A stretch of DNA of 64,000 bases from Lytechinus pictus (lineage: Eukaryota), in contig NC_087245.1 in NCBI RefSeq assembly GCF_037042905.1, forward strand, positions 28,460,001-28,524,000, written 5' to 3'. The notes under the pieces are model-generated. The model made no database searches, had not been told where the DNA came from, and saw only the letters and a program-made list of their open reading frames with translations. Below are positions 1-13,800 of this stretch, in pieces (the stretch's first letter is position 1; every line of letters starts with the position of its first letter). The translations under genes were made by a program, and so were the position numbers.

Positions 1-247
1 GGTTTCATTTTTGCTAATTTTTTGTGCCCATCATGGACTTATACAATACATAATATGGTAGATCAAAGTCTGGGTGATAACCTGAATATAGATTTAAGAT
101 TGCATGGACAGGTAAACCTTTAATAGCAAAACTTTATCACACTGATATCCTCAAAGTTAATAAGCAGACAGAGCAAACAGTGCATCTTCATTAATTGATA
201 TTCCTGTGTATAAAAAAATTAAATCCTTAGTTTTGTTTGATACTAAC

Positions 248-468
248 CCAAACAGCGCTATCAAGGTGCTTCGCATGTGTTGCGTCCTCATTCTCAGCAC
301 TGCGTATAACGGAGTCTATCAACTTGACGTTCCTTGCCGCTTGTTGGACCACCTGAGGGTCTTTCTGTGCATCGGATATGACACGTCCAGCCCACAGCTC
401 GGTGATGAGTGTGAACCAGCTATTGCGCTCTGCCTTCAAATTGGCAACATACGGATTTGTATTGGGCT
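248..468 (-). CDS. DENND3: DENND3-like exon 18
   Basis: CTACAG|PNTNPYVANLKAERNSWFTLITELWAGRVISDAQKDPQVVQQAARNV...SAVW|GTTAGT, phase 1 to 0. Confidence 0.9.
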
Positions 469-3400
469 CTGTAGAGAGATGAAGATGATGATAATAATGA
501 TAAATAGGTTCATTTCAATTATATTCAATACATATAGGTGCTAAAGCATTCAAGGTATAAATCGTACCAGGTACCCATTCTCCACACCTGGGCCGAATGC
601 TGATAGTGTGGATAAATTTGAAGTTTTGTATAAAAGATTTGTTTACAAAAACTTGTCAAATCAATCATTCATACATTGTACACATTTTAATGGGAAATAT
701 AACATGAGAAAATAGTCCGGTGCAAATAAATGGCTCTAGTAAATTTATTTACTTGCCGACCCAAATTCGCAGAGGTGGTATTTCATTCCTCTTCTGAAAC
801 ATTAGGTTATGCGGATTTCATGTATTAATGTATTAATAATGCTTGATTTAGCATTTATATTTATGGAGAGTTCAATAATACGATGCATGCCTTTGTCACA
901 GGGCACTAAATCTACGCTCATTACGAACGTTTACATCACTGTTGAGCCTAGCACTAATAACGACTTACATAAATAGCAGACACATTATTCAATCATTAGT
1001 CAAAAGTTCTAAATTTGGTTTTGTCCCTGTCGAAAAAGGGGGTGGCCGGATTCACGTCACATTCACAGCAATAGGCCTTACCCCCCTCCCTCTACTTTGC
1101 CTGATTCAGGGCATCCTACATCCTCAACCCAACCCTCCTACTCTCCTCCTCCACTCGCTTCTTCCAAAGGCAGATATTATTTTGATGCAATCATAGATAC
1201 TCACTAGTGCTGTATATTCGTAGGGCTTGGCAGCTGAGCAGAATGTTGAAGTATTCAAACTTCTCTAGCTTCTCGATATCTCTCGTTCTCACAATCTCTC
1301 GGTAGATGTTGCTCCCTTCACCCATGTAGAAGAGCCTAGAGAGTAAAAGAAGATTGAAAAAAAGAAATCTGTAGAAATAAATCCTGTCAGTAAATGTTAA
1401 AGCCCCAATTAAAATTTGGTAAATGGTCAATAATTATATACTATTAACTGGCTTTGAGGGAGACAACATATATATTTCCCGAAGTAGTCTCATATTGCCC
1501 GAGTCGTGATGAGGGTAATATGAGCCTACTGAGATCTCCCAAAATTAAAGCCAGTCAATACTATTATTATTACCTATAGGCCTGCAGCTGTGTAATTCAA
1601 GCTTTTATTTGTAGCAATTTGTGTCTGTGTAACTGCCTGTTGGTACTTCTAAATTCAGGATATTCGTGAACTTGAAGTAATCCTGGCTAAGTAATTGTGA
1701 CATAAAGTGTAAACAGCGCAGCCGCGCATCAAGCATGGTGTCAGATACACTTCATGCATACAAAAGTCTTGCGCTTGGGTTTGATGAAATGGGAATACGG
1801 ATATTATAAACCGACAATTTACTACATAGGCACAATAAAAAAATGATGTATGAATATTATGGTCCCTAGTCATTCAGCTAAACCCCTGGCTGGACCATTG
1901 TGTTGAGTTAATCAGTCAGACAGACAAAATTCGTGTTTATATCTTGTCTCCAAACTGCCTCATTCTGGTAAAAGTGTGAATAATACCGAGTACTACCTGT
2001 AACATACCAATCTTACACAAGTGTAGTTATTGCACCCTCTCTTGACGATGTTTTCATTTTCTTTGAAAAGGGACGGTTATCTTGCAAATTTAGTGACTGG
2101 ATATCAGGAAGCTACAGATAAAGGTTATTATCCTGATATTTTCAGGCAAGGGTCTATTGAAAATGTGTGCTATAGCACATACAGCTGGCCAGTCTCTAAT
2201 GGGTTGAGTATCCTACCTCTTCTCAGTGAGGACCAGTCTTCCCATTCCATGATCTGTTCTGATCAAGGAAGACATCTTTAGAACACTCTCCGTACTGTCC
2301 AAGTATTCCTTGTATATACTCAGAGGTATGGACTTGATTTCTTCTAATCCTTCCTTCCATGCCTCGTAGAAATACATGAAAGTCTCCGCATCAAGGTCTG
2401 CAGATCATGTAAGAATTGATACTATGCATGTCAATGAACCAATGCACATCACAAAAGAAAGCAAACAGCTGATTTCACAAGGGGAATATAAATCATTTGG
2501 CCTAAAAATATGCTAAACAAGTAATCAACATTAGAGGAAAAGGCTGGTGGGACATTTTCTAAGGGCAGAGTGATCACAATTCCCAACTGTCTTGTTTTTT
2601 CATGGAATTTTGTCATTCTTTCCCCAATATTTTGTTCTATTCATCATGCTATTATCATAAATCATTTTTTCATCAGAGTACACTTTACCTTCAGATTTCA
2701 CTCTAATTTTTATCTCTTATAAAGCAAATAATGCATTTGGAGAGATACTCACAGCTAGATCCTGCTGATAAAGCATTGAAAAGCCTGTCGATGACATCAA
2801 CGTCAATGGCTATTTCTAGGTACTGCATCCAGTGAATAAATTCCCTCAAACCTAGTTCAAGGAAGAAAAAACAGAAAATCATTGAAGGAAACAAAATTTG
2901 TATTACAAATATTAATGCACTTACTAGACTCAAGCATAATTTGGTAAGGAACAAACTATGAGGGCCCATGACGTGACTGTATGAATACCTACATGTAGTT
3001 AGTGCAATAGAATTCAGGGTAAATTGGCCTGTTTCCATACAGTAATATACACCATGATAATTTACAATACAGTCCGACCTCTCTTATCCGGACACGTTGG
3101 GACCAGCACCAATCCAGATAATGAATTTATCCGGATCTGGGAGACCCAATATTAATTACACGCAGCTGCACCTCCCCAATGGTAGCAAAACGTAATATAT
3201 TGTAGTGGGCATACACAGACGGGATTCACTGCAGTGTAGGTGCAAATTATAGGCGTTTTTTTACAGAAATGAAATCGATTGGTTGCCAAAACTCTTGGAT
3301 AATTTACCTGCTGAAATGATTGAGGAATACATGGAGCATACATCAAAAGAATGAGAATGACTCGATGAATTTAAGTTCGAAAATTGGATCATCACAGCAG

Positions 3401-4058
3401 GCATCACAGCATTCAAAGTCAGCCATTGTTAGACTGTAGGCTCAAACATGATAGATGGATCATGGCGCTGTCCGTATCGAGGCCGTGCATGAGCTAGTGA
3501 GACATGTGTTGTTTTTTTCCCACAAAAAAAAGAATGTGTTAACATGGTTGCGCTGTGCCCTGATTTACTGGAAAATTATTCTATCTAAGTTCTTTTGGTG
3601 ATTTGGGTAAGATAGTTTCATAAAAAATAATGTGGCTGTAGGGAGACTATATTGGAAAATGTATGTAATCAAAGTGAGTGTGCGTAGGAATTTTGATTTC
3701 AGATTGAAATCTTGTTTACCCTCGTAATAGATAGAAAAAAAAATTGGCAAGTGTGCGTCCGGATAATAGAGAGATCCGGATAAGGGGAGGCCGGATAAGA
3801 GACGTCGGACTGTAATTTCAAAAGGGCATTTAAGGCATTCATCATCATCGTCATCACCACCATTACCAACATCCTTATCACCATCATCATTATTATAATT
3901 ATATAATTATTATGACTGTATTCCCCTAGTTCCCCTTTATCAGGGAGATCATCTGGCTGAATACTAGGCATCGCAATGATCTGTCAAGCAGACTGATCAT
4001 TATCATCATCATCATCATCACCATCACCATCACCATCACCATCATCATCACCATCACC

Positions 4059-4090
<32 letters not shown>

Positions 4091-4201
4091 CATCACCATC
4101 ACCATCACCATCATCACCATCATCATCATCATCATCACCATCACCATCATCATCATCATCACCATCACCATCACCATCATCATCATCATCACCATCATCA
4201 C

Positions 4202-4236
<35 letters not shown>

Positions 4237-4253
4237 CCATCACCATCACCATC

Positions 4254-4333
<80 letters not shown>

Positions 4334-4381
4334 TATCATCATCATCACCATCACCATCATCATCACCATCACCATCATCAC

Positions 4382-4416
<35 letters not shown>

Positions 4417-4433
4417 CCATCACCATCACCATC

Positions 4434-4465
<32 letters not shown>

Positions 4466-4538
4466 CATCATCATCATTATCATCATCATCACCATCACCA
4501 TCATCATCACCATCACCATCATCATCATCACCATCACC

Positions 4539-4584
<46 letters not shown>

Positions 4585-4676
4585 CCATCATCACCATCAT
4601 CATCATCATCACCACCATCACCATCACCATCATCACCATCATCATCATCATCATCATCACCATCACCATCACCATC

Positions 4677-4755
<79 letters not shown>

Positions 4756-4775
4756 CCATCACCATCATCATCATC

Positions 4776-4807
<32 letters not shown>

Positions 4808-7800
4808 CATAATCATCATCACTTTTATTATGATTATATTCACCTAGTTCCCCTTTATCAGGGAGATCAACTGGCTGTATACTGGGCATAGCAGTGATCT
4901 GTGGAGCAGACCGGCGCTCACTAATCTTACGCAGGATCTCTCCTCTCTTATAGAATTCTCTCCGGTGGAGAAGTTCCTTGTCTTCCGCACTCAAGTTGTT
5001 CATCAGCTCTGTGATTAAACTGCACAGAAACAATTGAAAACATGTTAATATTCATTTGTCACTCTCCACCCAGGGGTAAATTTGATACACTGCATTAAAA
5101 GACAATTCAGTTTGCTTGGTAACAAGGCAAGCATTCATATCATTGCTATATGCTTAATAAGAATATGATACAATACATTCAATTTCATTCAATTTAAATA
5201 TAGAGTAAAAAATAGAGTAAGGGTAAGAGTTGGGACCAATTTTCAAAAGCCTCCCAATCGACTTGAGAATGTTGGCATCTCTGAAAGACCCAAAAATCTA
5301 ATCATATCATCATCTCTCCATTATTCATATTGTGAGAAAAAGATCTGTCAAACAGGTCTGTAATTATCTCAAGAACAAAAATGACAACGGGATGGCAAAA
5401 CAAGAATTAAACTGAACTTACTCAGTAGGAAGAATAGAAAGGTCAGCTGTGTGTAGATTATGGAAATCATCCAATGCATCCAGTGGGCTGTTACATGCAA
5501 TATGGAACATTCCTCGGAGATACAAGTATGACGCCTTTAGGGCTGGCTGTCTACAACTCTGAAATGAAAAAAAAGATAGCAAACAATTTGTTTACCCATA
5601 GCTAAAGGTACCATGTGTGTGAGTAATTCATACCCCAAGGAAAATTCTTAAACCTTAATTACTTCCGTTCCTATAAAAAAAATGATAAGTACATGTACTG
5701 TCCGAGAGGTAATATTGACAAGTTTGTCTTTGCCAAACGATCTGTCCCTGAATGGAATGAACTCCCTCATCGAGTAGTTAATGCAGTTTCCCTTGACAGC
5801 TTTCCAAATCTACTGCGAAACCACTTTTTAGGATATACCCTTCACTCTCTCCTCATAACATGCATACAAATTTAATTTCATCTTCTCGAGGATGCAGAGC
5901 CCTTTGAAGATTACTACAGAATTCTTACTAATGTCTTCACAAATGTATTATTGTATACCCATTTGTATGTTTCTCTGCAAATGGTTTTCACTTCCACTGC
6001 ATTATGTACAAAACAACCAATTTCTCTCTGTTGCCCCCCACCCCTAAAAAAAAACCAACAAACAGCCAACCAACCAACCAAGCAAACAAACAACACCATG
6101 CACTTAAAAAACACAAAAAATTGTAAGGGATGATTCTCCAAGAAGGAATTATTTAAAATGGCTATTTCATTTAGACCTAATTTGTAGTGTGGATGGTCTG
6201 TCATATTTAACAGCAGTTTCAATCAATCTTGCCACTTGTTTGGATATGCCATTATAAATCTCAGTCTGAAATCTCTTAGTATACAGACACTTGCACGTCC
6301 CATATATATTTACTAATACATTGTACCTAGCTCTGAAAAGCATAAAATAGATTTTTGTCAAAAATTGTGCAAAAAAATTATTACCATCATATTTTACTTT
6401 AAACATTTTAAGAAACTGATTGGCCTACAGTGATTTTAGACCGCGGGCAGAGGTGATTTTTCTTTCGTTTCGTGCCTCAAAACTCTGTATCTACCTATAA
6501 TTTTGTCAATATGTGTAAATAATTATTTTAAAATCATGAGTCGAACTAACAAAACTTGCACATTTTCTGAAAAAGTCATACCAAAACTGCCGAGATTTTC
6601 TCATTTCATCTGTGAAATTGACCAATCACAATACTGTACCCATAGCATGATTTGTGGACCTATAGCTTGTAACCAATCACGTTCTTTGTTTCATACGCAC
6701 GAACCACCAGGGCCCGGCGCGCCGCTAGCTAGCGATAGCTACGTGTACAGCCGGACCGCTGGGCCGGTCGCAGGCTAAAATCATGGCGACCTCGTCTGAC
6801 TCTGATCCCAGTGCTTCGGAGGATTTCGAGTCCACGAAATCAATTTTTTGTTCAATTCATGTACCTGTACATGTAACAGACACTAGGGGTAAATTGATAT
6901 CATTTAGGGAGAAAAGTCATCAAAAATGCAGAGTGTGCGGCCAAGTGGGTCAGTGTGGAAGGGACTGAAGAGAGCAAAAGTTTCTAAACCAGTCAACTCG
7001 AGATCTACACAGAAGTGAAGGCGTGGGACAAGTCCGGACGCGGAACGGCGATGATGAAGCTGCAGACGACTTTGCATTGCCATTGTGAAATGGCAGGTGA
7101 GTTTCATGAATCCTGATGATACAACTGATTCTTTTTTTATCAATAGGAATGTGCATATTGCCCGAGTACTGCAATAGTGACAAAATCAAAATGCCAGTAA
7201 CAGACTGAGCCCTTGATATGAGCCTGATGATTGATACTGGCCTAGCGCCAGCGGGCCTGAACTGAAATTAAGTTAATCTAACGTTAGATCTACTATTTGT
7301 ACTAAAAACTAATCTCGCCATGGTAAAAACAAAGTAATTTCTGTTTCTGATTGTCATGGGGACGTCTTATCAACATTTTGGGAGCAAAAACGCGGGCTGT
7401 GTTTTCCATGCCAGTGCAGTCGTTAGTGGACAGATGATTCTAGTAGTAAAGAAAAATAAACCACCTCTGGAATCGAAAGGCTACTTTGCTTTTATTAAAT
7501 TTCAGGCAGGAAGAATCCATGTCTTTTGGGGAATATTCACTTGTACATGTATGCTCTACTGGTCTGGCACCAAATATACCAGTCAGTGAAAACAACAGAA
7601 AACACTTTGGAAGCCGTGCCTCAGCATACAGTGAGTTCATGCGAAATACATGTATTGTGAGACACTGTAGCACATATTCTATGACTTGTATACTAACTAC
7701 TGTTGTATTTTTGCATGAATTTCAAATATATTCATACATGATGTACATTTTCTTTCACCAGGAAGCACCAGACTGCTCGAGGATATCTTGCAGATTGCTT

Positions 7801-10800
7801 CTGCAACATAATGGCCATCAGCAGGGCATTGACAAGATTTCAGAAGAAGAAAGGCAATCAAACAAAATAAGCCCCCTATTACCATATTGAACAAGGCCGG
7901 CCAAGTTTCCACTCAAACCTCAAAGTAGACAAAATTAAGGGTCGCCTTTGCACCAGCTCAGGAGGTATAGTCTTGGGATGACCAGAGGCCTGCATATTTT
8001 CAATGTAAACGCAAACTTGACAAAATGTTCTACCAAATGTACCTTGGCATGCCCCTCTAATTTATTTGCTTACATGTAGAGTGCCACTCAAAGTTACATT
8101 TATGTTTCAATATTGAAATGATATCAACTTGACCGGCCACTGACCAACAATTTACACAACAAATTTGTTTAAAATAATGGGCCCGAGACTGGCCCATCAC
8201 TGTAACATGGGTGTAATATAAACAGTACACATTACATGTGAATATATTAATTTGTGGTCATGCAGATGAAAACAGTACCAGGTGTAGAATTTCTGTCATC
8301 TACAGATGCATTTTCCATCTGTCTCAGAGGAGAGTGACCCATAATATATATCTGCAAATTTGTAATTGGAGTTACCGGTACCATGAATGTGTATAAAAAT
8401 TACTAGTACATTACATGTACCTCCCTTGATATATCCTGTACAAATTTGCCATGCAGACTGAGTTTTCCTTGTATAAATAGAATAATGGTTACAAGAAATT
8501 ACTTCTGGGAAAAAAAAATTCTCTATCCTTTATTTTTACTATTTTAGAATCTTCTTCTTCTCATCTTTACTTTTCCTTTTTTATTATCCCTCAGATGTTG
8601 AGAAGGACCAGTCATTGGCACAGCAACCCCAGGAAGAGTCGACTAGCCATGATACCCCTGCCCTTTCACCCATGAGACTCCTACGGCCAGGCTCTAGCAA
8701 GCATGTGCATCGACCTACTAGCCAAGACAGGAGACACATATTACCTGTAGAATGCATTATATGTCATGGAAATAAATATGTAAGAGAAAAGTCTACTGCT
8801 AAACGAAAAGTAGAAAAATTATTTCTTTCTGAAAGAGCAGACGGGGGTGGTTGTTGCATGCTGCATTGTTAAAGCAAGACGAGAAGATGCTCTTACACAT
8901 AAGGGGTAAAGATCTTGTGGCTATAGAGGTAAGATATCATAAGTCATGTTACTACTGCTATACGAAAGTTGTGCGTGTAGCCCATAAGCCTGAATCTCAG
9001 CCAGCAGCTGTTTAAGACAAGTCCTACAGAAGCTTCTGCAAGAAGGTCATCGAGGGCAGGATTATGAGGAATTGGGAGATCCTCAGTCTGACCAAAATGA
9101 ACCAACTATTCATTTAAGTCTGGGAAGTTGAAGGATTGGATGCCTCGTCATTCATAACATAAAGATTGAAAGCAAGACTGAAATCATCGCACCCTGCTGT
9201 TTGCTTTGTTAGCCCATCCAGAATGGTTGAAAGTGACATTGTTTTCACTGAGAATCTGTCTGTGGAGGAAGTCATAGAGGATGTTGTCAAAGATGTCACA
9301 AGTGAAGAGAGTGACAGCAGTGAACTTGAGGGCCATCATCAACATCAAGAGTCATCCCAAGCTCATCACCTGCAAGATATCTTTCATGCTGCCCAGGTTT
9401 TGAAAGAGAGCATCGTCAAGGCATCTAACCCAATTGAGAGGCCTCCCACTGCTGACGACTCTACTTTAGTCAAAGCAGACAAAATTGTGGCTGCAGAACT
9501 TTACTTTACCACCCCCTTCTCCAAACATCAAGAAGTATTTTGGAAGCAAGAGGATCGGGCCAGCGACTTGTGGAGAAAGTGTACATCTTCAGGAAAACCG
9601 TTATCAAGCAGTCCAAACCCTGCCCAGGAAGCTTGATCTCGCTCTCGTGTGATGAAATTGGGGGATACATCAGAAAAAAATTTCCCTGGCTGGACAGGCT
9701 GCAACACTTCACTTCAGACCCAAGTTCCAGAAGTAAGCAAAGTCACGTATCTTCCCATCATTGACGCAAGTCCGACTGAATTTGATACAGTTTATATGAT
9801 TCTTGAGATCTTTGCAATATGCAGATAACCTGAAGCAGGAATTATGCAAAAGCCCAGCAAATTAGGTGAAATAATGAGAGATTCTCTAGTCATTCGCCTT
9901 GGTGCATTTCACACCTCCATGGCCATGTTATCCTGCATTGGCAAACGCTTCAGGGATGCAGGACTTGAGACTTTGGTTGTAGAATCAGGAATTGTTGCCT
10001 TATGATATTTGAATGGAGCCATGAACGGTCACCATCACAACAGAAGCTTCCATGTTCACAAATGTGTAGCAGTTACAATGGAGCGTCTGAGGTGGCAGAG
10101 TTTTCTTGACTCACTGTCAGATGTCGACAGACTGCAGGCTCATGAGGTAGTGAATAAACTGAGTTCAGCTTTTCCTGAAGAGGCATATATGAAACTTACA
10201 ACATTGTGTGAGTTTGACAAAATTTTTTCATTGTATGATGATTTTGTGACTCATCAGGGGGAGAAGTATCCTACTTTCCGTGTATGGTCATGAACTGTTC
10301 ACAAATCGAAATAAGCGAAATATGATAAAAAAGATAAAGTGAAAATTAGGCCAGTTGGGCATCAGACTAAATAGGGAGTTGGTATTACACTAAGTGTAGT
10401 ATAAACCACACATTTAGACCATATTGATAGTAGACCAAATGGGTTAAGCCCACATGGTATTAGACTATCTGACAAGTAGACCAACTGCTGGTATAGACAG
10501 GCCTACCAAGTGAATATGAACCATGTGAACAAGCATGCATTCTTTCCATCTCATGTATATACTGTACACTACTTACCTCAATAGAATGGTCAAGCTGTTC
10601 AATGCACTTGGTGAAGAAATGTTGGGCTACATTAGGATAGAGATTAAAAAATACAACAGCATAAGATCTCAATCAATCAATACAGGAAAATTACCAACTT
10701 GATATTCAAAAGAATGTGGATCATCCCACAAACTACCATATCATTTCAAGCTTTAGTTCCTCTTGATATAATTGGTTGTTATAAAATTGATCAATTACAA

Positions 10801-13800
10801 AAACAAATCACCTTAACTTACAAGACTTTTTGGAACCTACAATTACTTTTTCTTTGGGGGGAAGACAATTGCCATTGATGCCATCTTATGTTGTACACTA
10901 CATTATATAAATGGATTTTATTGTAAATTTTATTTTTTTGGTTTTTAATATCTGCCATGATTTAAGTTTTTACCTGATTAAACCATTTTGAATTGAATGG
11001 AATTGTATTTAAATTTTTAAAAAATGAGGAAAGGAGAAATAAGGAGAAAATTGTACTTTTTAAAATTTCATAATAATTCTTGATTTTCTTAACCTAAAAG
11101 AAAAGCTCTCAACGCTGTGAGCCATCTCTATCTACAATTACCATAAATACTGTTCTTCTTTTCAATACCCAAAAACTTTTGATCAAAGGCAAGACAAAGT
11201 GATCACTGCAAGAAATCTTATTTGCGATTGATTACAAATATCATTAACATAATTGGAATTTGCTGATGAAAATGAATATGAGGGCTCAGAAGGTAGAAGG
11301 GCAAATGATTTACCATGGTCATCCCTGTGTAAGTTTAAAGACAATGTTTAGCATCACAAAAGGTCTTATTCTAGAAAATCCTGAATTTCAATAAGTGTTG
11401 TATTTTCATATAGTTCTTATGGATAAATAAAATCACCCAGGGAGATAACAACAAACAAATTTGTGAAGACACTTTCAAGATATTTGTGATTGAAATATTA
11501 TCATTTGATTCTTCTCCATATTTTAGTATATGGAATGAAATTGGCACGGTGTTTCCAAACACTTTATATATCACTTTTCTGAAGCACTTGATAATGATTT
11601 TCGGGAGCAATATTTTCAGGACTTCATTTTTACAACACATCACAGAAACTCACATTGCTTTGAAACCAAATATATGTGAACCAATACCTTCAAATATAAT
11701 TCAGTAGAGTTGAAAAATGCAAAGGCATGTGAAACATATCAAATGTACGCGAGAGATAAAGTCAAGGAGATGAAACTGCAATATGGAATGGAAACTATAA
11801 ATTCAACATAGAGATAATGTAAAAGACTGCTTGCACACACTGTCTAATAATGAAAGTTATACCATATCTCTAATGAATTATGTCACAGAGGATATTCGAA
11901 GAAAGAAAGGATGTCAAATAGTGTCTACTTTCAGAAAAGTCTGCAGAAATAAAAGATGCGCTCTCTTCTATACAGATGCGCATTAACCACGTGAATATAT
12001 ACCGCGCTAACATGAATAGCTGCATGTATGTGAGCGAAGGCACTTCAAGAGTGCCATGTTTTTTATGGACTATTTCGGTCAAGAAAAGAAGCCTTGAGTA
12101 TATTGCGAAGGGAAATACATTGCCACTCTTTCGATTTCAGATAACAGACCTGATTTTTGAGATGGAAATTCAATCATTTTGATGTCTTCTCCCCTTTCTT
12201 TATCTGTCAAAGAAATATCAGTAAACACACATGCACTACAACAACACTATAAAAATAACAATTTTTATGGAAATAGACTTAAACCTGTAATCGACTTTTC
12301 TATTATTTTGCCCATAATCAGGGCTTACCGTACAGTGTACAGATCAATGGCCACCTTTATAAAAATGCCTTCTGCAAAGAAAAAAAATCTTCATAAGCCA
12401 TGCATGTCAAATGAAATTATGAATAAAGCTCTAACAGATATTATTGCTAGAAACAAATATTATTAATGTAATCGGACATACTTTTTCATTATTTCATTGA
12501 GCACATCACAATGAGGTTATCATGTGTTTGAATACAAATACTGGAGTAAGAGATCATTTTCATTTTCAAATTTTAATTTCATAATTCCTTTTTTTATAGG
12601 CAAATGAACAATACAAAGCAAAACAATGAAGAGATGAATAAAACAAAAACAGACTTGCCAGATTCAACATTTATGATTACCTGAAGTGTATGGGATGTGG
12701 AAGAGGGGAAGCATAAACTGTGCAGTCTGATCGGATGAACTTTGACCTGTCTCGCTTACACTCCTTGCACCAGACACTCTGCGTCGTCTTAAGTCGGGAA
12801 CAGACTGTCCAGTACTCTGCTGTTTACGGATTCTGCAAGAAAAAAAATGTTGTTATTTTATAGTTACACAAAACTGCTGGAAAAGAGTCACAACTTCTAT
12901 GAAACCAGGCTGATATTTCTCAGTGGTGGCATTGGGGTTTAATATTTGAATGTACATGAAATCTTTAAAAAATACTTGAGGGGGGAGAGAACAAATAAAG
13001 AAAAGATCCTTTCTGATTAATTCAGTGAAGAAAGCTTAATCAATCAAAATCTACTGGTAGATTATCAATTTGCAAGTGTTAAAGGATACCTTTTGCTATC
13101 AAATAGCTTCAAATACTATGATATAACTGACACAAATCACAGAATTGATTTCGACTTGTTTGTGAGCAAAGTACTTTATAGGAAAAATAAAAAATAGTCA
13201 CTATTTTGTTTGATCGTTAATTCATTGATCTTATTTTATTCGTTTATTTATGCAGGTTCATCATGTCATCAAATGAATACAAAACAGATATGTAAAAGTA
13301 CAAATAAGTACATACACTGATACAGAACATACAAAGGTGTTACAAGATACTAGTATTAAAGCTTAATGCTTTTTGATTAGTTCAATGTCAAATAAAACTG
13401 TTGCAATTCCCATTTGGTGTATTCAGGTTGGGTTCAAATAAAAAGTGTTACTACATGACTATATAAACACAGAGCCTTTTGCATATCCTCCCTCCCCCCC
13501 TCCCCCATTACTATACATACAAACCTTGTTTCCACCAGACTGGAAAAAATTCAGACTCAGTGCACATATCCTCATTTTCTCCTGGTGAGTACTCATGTAC
13601 CGGAGGATCCATACAAGTGTTATGAATGTTCATTTACTTATACATGTACATCAAAAGAATTTTCCGCTTACATGTACATCAAACAAATTTCCGCTCAGCC
13701 CACTCTTCAATGTAAACAGAAATATATACTCTAGAAAACACTGTCACCATTTCAGGCATGTAGAAATCGACTATGCACATTTTGGGCATGTTTGGAACCC

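Noticed and set aside
3926..4843. Poly-Met/Val ORF and the poly-Asp ORF as standalone genes
   Set aside because: Microsatellite reading frames; only 4844-5019 is supported as an exon
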